A model generated the notes under the pieces. It was not told where the DNA came from. It ran no database searches and worked only from the letters and a program-made list of their open reading frames with translations. 64,000 nucleotides of DNA. It comes from a virus. Lineage: Duplodnaviria > Heunggongvirae > Uroviricota > Caudoviricetes. Positions 57,201 through 64,000 of this stretch are shown in pieces. The first letter of the stretch is position 1. Each line of letters starts with the position of its first letter. The stretch is from the IMG/VR virus record IMGVR_UViG_2563366977_000001, positions 15,651 to 79,650 of that record, one strand, 5' to 3'. The position numbers were made by a program, and so were the translations under genes.

Positions 57201-60200
57201 CGCCAGCTACTTTTGGCAGGGCATCAGCAATAGCTTTTACCTTGTCTGCAAGCTCAACGGGGAACTGGAATGTAATCGCACTGGCATACAGATCCGGATC
57301 TATAGCAACCTTATCCATGTCGCGGATGATGGAGAAGATGAAATCATCCGGTTTTTCGTTTGTGATATGCCCGTTTTCATCAACCGTCAGCGCATCTTTA
57401 CTACTTAACTCCTGTGCACGCTTACGAAGCTCTTCATAAGCAGCCTCCTGCTCCCCTGTCATCGGGATCTGCAAGGTATTCTCGACAATATCAGGGATTT
57501 TAACCGTCGCCCCGACGTCCGCAGCAGTCTTCAGAGTAGTCCAGCGATGGAAAATACCACGCAGGCCATCAAGGTTCTGGAAGCCAACCAGCCCCTGCTT
57601 CTCTTCCACTTCCCCGGAAATTTTCTGGACCTGAACTGTGGCTGTTTTACCAAACACACGAACGAAATCATCAGGCGTAATGATGCCCATGCGCATCCAC
57701 TCTTCCTGCGGAATGACAGTAGACAGCATGTTGAAGGCATCAATCGGACTGTTCACCAGCGGTGTTGCCGTCAGCATGACTACACCACGCCCGTTGTTGC
57801 GTTTCATCATGTACGCAGCTTTTACAGCCATGTCGCGGGCCATCTTGGATACTGCCGGGTTAGGCAAATATGCCAGTTGTCCCGCTTCACGCCCGGCATT
57901 AAAGGAGTTGCGGTAGTTATGCCCCTCGTCGGCAATCACGCTATCGAAGTTCATATCCTCAAAGTACGGGATATTCTGCTTCTTCGTTGTACCGGTATTC
58001 GCGGCCTGATCCTTAATCTTGTTCTTCTTCTGCGCATCACGGTGTTTACCAGACGCCAGGTCAAGACGCCCCATTTCCACAGCATTAAAGACAGCTTGCT
58101 GTGAGTTCTCCTCGATGGTTTTTTCTCGTAGCGGGATAGACGCGAATTGTTCTTTTGTCATGATGACCGTTCGCCAATTTGACGACGGGATCATGTTCAT
58201 GCGCTGAACGATAACGGCGCTGGCGGACTCTTTCACAACATTTCTGGTAAGAGGCTGCCCGTTACTGTCGAGGCGTGGTTCGCCATTTTCATCAAGCACC
58301 GGCGCGGTCAGAATATTTCCGCTGTCATCACGAACTTCATCCAAACCGATAAACATCATATTGGCGAAGGCATCAGCACTGTAGAAACTCTGTGCCTCGT
58401 GATACCAGTTCTGATAAACCGCCTTCGGAACAACAATACACGTGCGTTTAGTGCGACCTGTTTCGAAGTTATACGCCTCAAGCGCAAGCGCGGTCGTGGT
58501 TTTACCCAGCCCGGTACCAAATCCCATGATGCCGCGCCCATCTTCTGACAAGCGACGAACTTCTTCATTCTGATAAGTCAGAGGAATGCGCTTTCCACTA
58601 ATCCCTTCCAGGCCAAGCGGTGCGTTAGAGTGCGTGAACGGAATGAAGCCATTGAATGCGTCGTTATAGTCACGGGCTATCTGATCCGCCTGCGGGTGGG
58701 TGCGTAACCAGTCGTTAAAGCTAACTTCCAGTTGAGCAATTTTATCCAGGTACTCGTTAGCGTTCTGCCCACGCGGTTTAACACCGTTCAGGTAGTTTTC
58801 TAACTGGTTCAGGAAGCCGTCTTTATTGTTGGCCTTCTTGAACTCATTCCCGTTTTTGCCGTTTACGGTTCGTAGTTGATAGCCGGTAAATACCCCGTCC
58901 TTACCTTCGTAATCGTCCGGAGATACCAGAATGCCATCGACGACCTTCAGATCAGGTTCAGTGTACTTAAACTCGTCATAGCCCTGCTCTGCCAGGAACT
59001 CTTTTATCAAGCGGCGATCCAGCCAGCGGGCGTTCAGATTAACGGTGACTTTATTTAGTGGCGTGAAAATGCGTTTCTCTTCGATTTTCGCCAACTGACG
59101 CTCAAAGTTCGCTTTCTGTTCACCTGTTGACGCATCACGCCAGCCCACCAGCAATGTTGTTTTGGTTGCAATATCGCCGCTGGTGGCGCGGTCCATCGGC
59201 AGCAGGCAGCCATACCCATCAATAGCGATATCATCAAATTTCGCCAGGTATTCAAGGGCCGCGTCGTCGTCCTCTGGCAGTTCACCAGCAAACGCCTCAC
59301 GAAAGTCGCCCAGCGTTATAGGATTAAGGGCTACATCACTGAAAAGATGTGCTATCACTTGTTCCGGACGTGTAAAGTCAATACCGGCAGCACCATCCGT
59401 TACATCAAGTCGCCCTGCCAGAAGGTCAGAAGTGGAACCATCCTGTTTCACATTGCCAGTGAACGTCATCCAGTTTTTAGCGCCAGCTTCAGCAAGCCCA
59501 TTCAGCTTAATCGCGTGCGGTGGTCCATACTTCGCAACTTCTGCTGCCGCCAGGCGGGATGCATCTGCCAGTTTGTCATCAACGTTCACCCCCAGGTTAC
59601 GCAAATCAAGTGCCTTGTTGATCAACTGCCCTATCAACGCACCGCGCATAACGCGCTCCCTGTCTTTTTCTCGCTGTTTGCCAGCAAAGCGAATCATTGC
59701 TGCCACTTCATCACTGACAACCGATGGATAGTCGGACGCGATCGCCGATATCTGGTCCCATGACAAAGCCAGAATCCCGTTTGTTGACTGGAATGCGATC
59801 TGCAGATCGCCAAACGTCGAAACACCATATCGACTTACATCAAGCGCGGAGGATTTGGTTGTCGTGTCCTTAACCCATTTCAGGCCATCAAACTCATGCC
59901 AGATACCGCCTACAAGACGCTTATCCCCTACTTTTGCGCCCTGCCATGCCTGGGTAGTTACTCCGAGCAAATCCCAATTAATACGGCTTTCAAAGCGGCG
60001 TGATAACGCGGTTTTCATCGACTCATTGGATACACGACCGTCCTTTTTCACCACCAGGGTATTGCGGAAGCTGGTGCGTTCCATGTCGCCGTAAACAAAT
60101 CGCTTCCCTTCGGTTGTAAACCATTTCCCTTTGAGGAAGGTATCCCAAAGGACGTTTGCCGATTTGAGCGTTGCATCATCCGTGTCGGGGATCATCTCCA

Positions 60201-61068
60201 GGAAGGTTTCCGGGTGTTTACGCAATACCCATACGTCCACCACGGTATCTGTACCGGACTCGCTGAACGTACCAGAAGGCATACGATGCGCGCCCAAAAA
60301 TTCCGCTTTACGGCTGACTTTATCGCGCAATTTTTTGTATTTCGTACCATCGGTCATGCCATTCGGCACCACCAATACAATTAGTCCACCAGGCTTAACC
60401 TTGTCGATCGTGCGCAGCACAAAATAATTGCCAACGTTCTTCTCGTTTGCATATGCCGGATCAAGCCCGGCGACGCCGGAACGCCCTTCGCCAAACGGTA
60501 CGTTACCAACTGCGTGGTCATACATTGCATCTTTCGCCGCCAGCGCCTCAAACGCCCCGATATTCACATCATCTTCCGGGTGCAAAAGCTGGTTTATTCG
60601 ACCGGAGATCGGAGACAGTTCGGCGCTGGTCATTATCATGCCCTGCCGTTTTGTCTCCTGGAAAATACCTGTGCCTGCTGACGGTTCCAGTACGTGACCG
60701 CTATCAATACCGTAGTCGCCGAAGAGATCCCATATACCTTCTGCCATAAACTGTGGCGTATAGTATTCGTATTGGCTGCCCTCACCATCTGTCAGGCCGC
60801 CTTCACCGGTATACCCGGCAAGAATCTGGCGCTGTTCGTCAGTTAATTTCGCCCCATCGAAGCCAGGCGGAAGGGAATTAAGAAGATTTACTGCGGCGTT
60901 GTTTGCTGCCCGGCGTGTTTTCTGAATACTGACGCCATCGACTTTCTTAACGCCAAAGGTCACTACAGCTCGCGGTTTATGCAACCGACTAACAATTTCA
61001 ATCAGCGCCCCAATGCTGGTGGCCTGGCTAATTGAATCAATTATTTTGTCCAAAGGAAGCCCCCTCAA
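54217..61068 (-). CDS. darB: DarB-like giant methyltransferase-helicase (capsid-packaged anti-restriction protein in P1)
   Basis: 2283 aa; N-terminal MTase motifs (LEPSAGTGIF, NVPF), central helicase Walker A GFGTGLGKTT and DEGH box. Confidence 0.85.
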   Translation of the reverse strand: MRGLPLDKIIDSISQATSIGALIEIVSRLHKPRAVVTFGVKKVDGVSIQKTRRAANNAAVNLLNSLPPGFDGAKLTDEQRQILAGYTGEGGLTDGEGSQYEYYTPQFMAEGIWDLFGDYGIDSGHVLEPSAGTGIFQETKRQGMIMTSAELSPISGRINQLLHPEDDVNIGAFEALAAKDAMYDHAVGNVPFGEGRSGVAGLDPAYANEKNVGNYFVLRTIDKVKPGGLIVLVVPNGMTDGTKYKKLRDKVSRKAEFLGAHRMPSGTFSESGTDTVVDVWVLRKHPETFLEMIPDTDDATLKSANVLWDTFLKGKWFTTEGKRFVYGDMERTSFRNTLVVKKDGRVSNESMKTALSRRFESRINWDLLGVTTQAWQGAKVGDKRLVGGIWHEFDGLKWVKDTTTKSSALDVSRYGVSTFGDLQIAFQSTNGILALSWDQISAIASDYPSVVSDEVAAMIRFAGKQREKDRERVMRGALIGQLINKALDLRNLGVNVDDKLADASRLAAAEVAKYGPPHAIKLNGLAEAGAKNWMTFTGNVKQDGSTSDLLAGRLDVTDGAAGIDFTRPEQVIAHLFSDVALNPITLGDFREAFAGELPEDDDAALEYLAKFDDIAIDGYGCLLPMDRATSGDIATKTTLLVGWRDASTGEQKANFERQLAKIEEKRIFTPLNKVTVNLNARWLDRRLIKEFLAEQGYDEFKYTEPDLKVVDGILVSPDDYEGKDGVFTGYQLRTVNGKNGNEFKKANNKDGFLNQLENYLNGVKPRGQNANEYLDKIAQLEVSFNDWLRTHPQADQIARDYNDAFNGFIPFTHSNAPLGLEGISGKRIPLTYQNEEVRRLSEDGRGIMGFGTGLGKTTTALALEAYNFETGRTKRTCIVVPKAVYQNWYHEAQSFYSADAFANMMFIGLDEVRDDSGNILTAPVLDENGEPRLDSNGQPLTRNVVKESASAVIVQRMNMIPSSNWRTVIMTKEQFASIPLREKTIEENSQQAVFNAVEMGRLDLASGKHRDAQKKNKIKDQAANTGTTKKQNIPYFEDMNFDSVIADEGHNYRNSFNAGREAGQLAYLPNPAVSKMARDMAVKAAYMMKRNNGRGVVMLTATPLVNSPIDAFNMLSTVIPQEEWMRMGIITPDDFVRVFGKTATVQVQKISGEVEEKQGLVGFQNLDGLRGIFHRWTTLKTAADVGATVKIPDIVENTLQIPMTGEQEAAYEELRKRAQELSSKDALTVDENGHITNEKPDDFIFSIIRDMDKVAIDPDLYASAITFQFPVELADKVKAIADALPKVAGGKVADDADEAEEDGAGGLVSTRTSKVVKTTFSEHPAHVEIRASIELEAEILKAIAAAGIDLQQVSHPIPPKYAALIENLREGLKNGKQIVFIDEKAQHQKLRRIIASALQMPEQEIGIINATTVSQAGGIKLKKVNKPTEPTPNKNGEYKEGAWETYYSKLAQYEDYLSAKNDAGLEGMEGIAADYNEGRTRIIICNKKAEVGINLHIGTTDIHHLTLPWTPASIDQRNGRGARVGSPQEKVNVHYYCGKGTFDDFRLDTLKRKKDWIKMVMTSDMSEIANGDADDADERAIMLAANPEERRAIMARQAQEREERLKLKAQREANNALDIYLKAANAAGKDIGMMETELKSAMEQIEYYQRNLDDLIKAGTNRNGQKFALEQLSSYRKRARVLRFAITRAKDADTIMKRSRGDVERAIKSGVLDISIDVIQNPQEYMRTDKNILLHKGSYYRAVIDDRETTAIVRVEKIDGEKAQYLCRIAWLDRASRYARSPGSIVTLPFDSVIEAVTFEEGVAESRATAARGVQCHQLSTILTRDQFYDAIRNGVMNVIAGKPGNAWGGGSAIKYWAYRTDDGQIALSSAYDGVIGQKIGRASDIVPERWIYPDGNDEALKREVAKIQASDNPLNIVDGEGFLQALYGYDYIQGMQAWGAQATMDDVAQEFENWMAGRGLSGRSLNKVTSEDILSLFRKPSGEGLESFWRTVLAYRLFKGRMKAFSNIDDIERMFNQVKIAKIKTKIEKTRSALAAWRDALFEQYKSLSDADGWAALEQLANNGVDGAKLAIVQADNPLESPAAQWIKVGAVINAFDEKHISKDDFADAVSVNRLVEMATRRARELKDGDYVNELPDALKSATWQDYVSLKNGGATESEIAERLEQAESKREEQAAVAEARADEAANDDYIIVVNDKPIRAKARVRGRWWSVSEDVGAVYLIADQPGSSTIRNAKDAIKKIGGRFWNFEANPVADVNFDRPAWMVSTRYSVDELRKIIADAA

Positions 61069-61163
61069 AACCGTTAAATCCGCCTTAAGCGGTACGGTTT
61101 GAGAGGGTATGGAGTGTGTTAATTTCGCAGAATCACACCCCGAAGGTTCTTACTCAAAAGGGA

Positions 61164-61637
61164 TCATGGTTGTACCTGGATAACATCCCCGTTCTTAACG
61201 GTGATGATTTCATCCAGAATAATAACTTGCGGATAATTACCTGCATACCAACTGAACGAACCAAACACCTCATATTGGCCTGGTGGTACGTTTTCAAATT
61301 CAAATTTGCCTTGAGCATCTGTCAGGACAGTTTTGTCATATTCCACAGCCCGGCCATCGATTGTTTCCAAGATCTGCGTATTGTAATTAATTTGTGGGGT
61401 GTTTTTGATATACGTCGTATATGGGCGGAGAGTAATTTTAGAACCAGCCCCAATCTTCACATCGCCGCCACGCGTCATACCAAATAACTCCCCCTTAACC
61501 TTGCCAGTGCCTTCTTTCGGCAATGCCTGGTACTCTTCTACGGGAAATGCAGGGCGTTTTACGACTTGCTTTTGAATAGGCGCACATCCTGATAATGCAA
61601 ATGCACAAACAATAGCCGCTAATATTGTTTTTTTCAT
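61164..61637 (-). CDS. Lipoprotein
   Basis: Start placed at MKKTILAAIVCAFALSGC by codon arithmetic from the ORF track; lipobox LSGC. Confidence 0.5.
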   Translation of the reverse strand: MKKTILAAIVCAFALSGCAPIQKQVVKRPAFPVEEYQALPKEGTGKVKGELFGMTRGGDVKIGAGSKITLRPYTTYIKNTPQINYNTQILETIDGRAVEYDKTVLTDAQGKFEFENVPPGQYEVFGSFSWYAGNYPQVIILDEIITVKNGDVIQVQP

Positions 61638-61824
61638 GACAATCTCTTTACTCAAATAGATAACGCAAGCTAACAATAACCAATGTTATCACTAACTTAG
61701 CGCAGTTTAACTTTTCTGTTAGATAATACATTGAATAAAGTTAAAGATGAATGCCGTTTAATAATGTTTGGTGTAATAGAAATCACATTCTCAACATAGT
61801 TATTGCTCTTTTTTCATTCGGAGC

Positions 61825-62316
61825 ATGATTATGATCAATAATGAACCTCGCTGGCTTATTGAAGCCCGTAAAAATATTGGAGTCACCGAAATAAAAGGAG
61901 CGAAACACAATCCTGAGATCGTCCAGTTCTGGCGGGATATTAAGCGCAGCGGAATTAAAGACGACGAAACGCCGTGGTGCGCTGCATTTGTTGGTGCAAT
62001 GCTGGAACGTGTAGGCATCCGCTCAACAAGATTTGAGTCGGCAAAATCCTATCTGGATTGGGGCGAGAAATTAGATACACCGGCATATGGATGTATCGTT
62101 GTATTTACTCGCACAGGCGGTGGGCATGTAGGCTTTGTTGTCGGACGCCGCGCCAATGGCGATCTGCTTGTCTTGGGTGGGAACCAGGGGGATGCTGTTA
62201 ATATTCGCGCATTCCCCACATCAAGAGTGTCTGGCTATCGCTGGCCTACTGGAGAACCACGCAATACAGCTCTGTTACCAGTCGGAGACGCAGCGACCTC
62301 AACTAATGAGGTATGA
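61825..62316 (+). CDS. Putative cell-wall hydrolase (CHAP / NlpC-P60-like)
   Basis: 163 aa; conserved Cys (ETPWCAAFVG) and His (GGGHVGFVVG) spaced as in papain-fold amidases. Confidence 0.45.
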   Translation: MIMINNEPRWLIEARKNIGVTEIKGAKHNPEIVQFWRDIKRSGIKDDETPWCAAFVGAMLERVGIRSTRFESAKSYLDWGEKLDTPAYGCIVVFTRTGGGHVGFVVGRRANGDLLVLGGNQGDAVNIRAFPTSRVSGYRWPTGEPRNTALLPVGDAATSTNEV

Positions 62317-62347
62317 AAAAGCCCCGGCCAGGCCGGGGCATCACACT

Positions 62348-63252
62348 TCAAGTTACGATCCAATCATTACCGACTGCATCCGCCGTCGATAAATCGACTT
62401 CCCGGATCTGGCATCCATTAATACAAAACCATCCGGTAGTAGAGCAATTATCAGGCCAGACCCATACACCAACACTCCATGCTTCACGGCGGCACACTTC
62501 AGCCTGTCCTTCCCTGATTTTTTTTACCGCCTGCATGATGTCCATCACTCGCCTCCCCAACCGATCACCTGGAATTGCCCCATCCTTGGGTGATACCAGC
62601 GTTTTCCTCGGTGTTCAGCCTCCGACATCATCAGGGTAAAGGCATTCATGAAGGGAGATAAGGCCACAATAGTACGACGCGACAATACCCCCTCTGGCGT
62701 CAAAAACTCATGAGTATCTGTGGGGATCTGGTAAGCGTTGACCAGGTTGCGGCATTTGGCTTCAGTCAGGCCGCATTTCGCCGCTAACTGGCGATAGCCA
62801 ATGTAGCCTTCCGGAATATTGCCTTTCTTTATTTGCTCGACGGTTTCAGCAACCTGGCTAACCTTTGACTCAACAACATGAAGCCGCTTTTGCTGCTGAA
62901 CTGCATTTGCAGCCATTGCAGCGATCATCTCTATTTCGGTCAACGGCTGGCGTACTTGTTCTTCCAGTTCGCGCCAGCGGTCCACCAGCCGGGCGGTGAA
63001 TTCGGGAGAGAGCTGCGCGACGACGATAATACTATCGCGCTTGCCTTGCTCGCCTTCGAAGACGTAAGCCTCGACACTACGGCGTAGTCCTAAGTTATTG
63101 ATTTTTTCGAAAACCTGCAATGCAGGAAGTTGAATAACTCCAGATTTAGCCAGGCGCTCTATTGATATTTTTACGTTATCTGGACGACTTCCCACCAGCT
63201 CCGCGATCTCAATGCTGGTCATTGATGGCTTTTCGAGAATGCAGATATCCAT
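62348..63252 (-). pseudogene. Second ant-like antirepressor copy, split into two ORFs by a frameshift
   Basis: ORF 62545..63252 matches ant residues 1-about 235 and ORF 62348..62560 matches the ant C-terminus in another frame; long stretches over 90% nt identity to 23600-24060. Confidence 0.5.
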
Positions 63253-63476
63253 CAGTGAGCCTCCGCAATGCCGGGATTGGTAATATTGCGATACCAGGGA
63301 TTAGTGTTTGGTTGTGGGGAAGTAGAGAAACGACCAGTAAGAACACCATATTGATCAGGGATCAGAGAACGGGCTTCTTTTTCGGTTGCGGCAATTGCGA
63401 AGTGATCGCAGTGTTTTTGCAGGGAGTGGAAACGCCAGATGAATTCTGGACGTGAGCAAGGATTGGCATTAACCAT
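63252..63476 (-). CDS. Second icd-like small protein
   Basis: 74 aa; shares EFIWRF.S.QKH...AATE.EAR with ORF 24239..24454. Confidence 0.45.
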   Translation of the reverse strand: MVNANPCSRPEFIWRFHSLQKHCDHFAIAATEKEARSLIPDQYGVLTGRFSTSPQPNTNPWYRNITNPGIAEAH

Positions 63477-63804
63477 AGTTACGGCCTCACTAACAGGTTT
63501 AACAACCTGCTACCCGCTGTCAAACAGGTGGCAGGACGTGACAGGGTTGACAGACTGGCGTTAGTGAAACCAGCAGGCCGAAGCCTCCCCATCACGCCCC
63601 ACCATAATTCGGGCGTAACGCGGTTTACGGACACAAAAATACCGCAATATCGGAAATCTGCGGTTGTCCGCACTAACATTCAGGCTGTCAAACCTGGTCG
63701 CAGAATTTGCTACGACGGCATGAATATAAGCCTGAACATTAGAAAGATCAACAGAATTTTTATCAGATGCTGTTTTTTTGTGACGATGTAAATCATACAT
63801 TCTT

Positions 63805-63838
63805 GATTAGAAACATCAATTTAATTTTCTAACATACA
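63805..63838. promoter_or_regulatory. Operator pair TTGATTAGAAACATCAA / AATTTTCTAACATA upstream of second immI copy
   Basis: Inverted pair of recurrent motif. Confidence 0.45.
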
Positions 63839-63891
63839 TTTTCGAGCGATGAAATTCCCGCCGCACGGTTATTGTACAGTCAATCGCAACA

Positions 63892-64000
63892 TCATCCCCG
63901 AAAGCCCTCCGGAATTGACCAGTCTTCCCGGTCAAATTCAGACCTATAGCCACGCTGTTTCATCAGGTCAAATGCTTCATTGATGGTTGCACATCCCTGG
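63892..64000 (-). CDS. C-terminal fragment of a minus-strand gene running off the window end
   Basis: Open frame ending in TGA at about 63892 (..EAFDLMKQRGYRSEFDREDWSIPEGFRG). Confidence 0.3.
   Translation of the reverse strand, partial: QGCATINEAFDLMKQRGYRSEFDREDWSIPEGFRG

Noticed and set aside
54217-61068. Many 60-230-aa ORFs on both strands inside darB (for example 56753..57439, 59162..59731)
   Set aside because: All are embedded within the 2283-aa ORF with continuous helicase and MTase motifs; classic shadow ORFs.
1-64000. CRISPR arrays, insertion sequences, transposases, integrase-att pairs, rRNA
   Set aside because: No regularly spaced direct repeats with unique spacers, no transposase or DDE-type ORFs, and no tyrosine recombinase other than the Cre-like one were seen; the element appears to be maintained as a plasmid.

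Overview
This window reads as a stretch of a P1-family phage-plasmid (temperate myovirus that replicates as a plasmid), most likely D6-like. All calls are from reading the sequence and the ORF track; no database search was run. Recognisable P1-type genes: major capsid candidate, Rz/Rz1 spanins, ParM/ParR and ParA/ParG-like partition modules, Dam and Dcm methyltransferases, RdgC, a c4-icd-ant immunity module (present twice), Ref, Ppp, Pap, Hot, HumD behind a LexA box, Phd/Doc, dUTPase, a Cre-family recombinase with a lox-type site, PacA/PacB with a GATC-rich pac site, five tRNAs and a DarB-like 2283-aa methyltransferase-helicase. An AT-rich accessory island (about 14.6-23 kb) carries two toxin-antitoxin loci, membrane and secreted proteins and a SWIM zinc-finger protein. 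The most distinctive findings are the heterospecific Cre/lox-type pair, a recurrent promoter-proximal motif, an uncharacterised membrane-protein cargo cassette and a DUF2829 (Tad2-like) fusion protein. Coordinates of short motifs were counted by hand and may be off by 1-2 nt.
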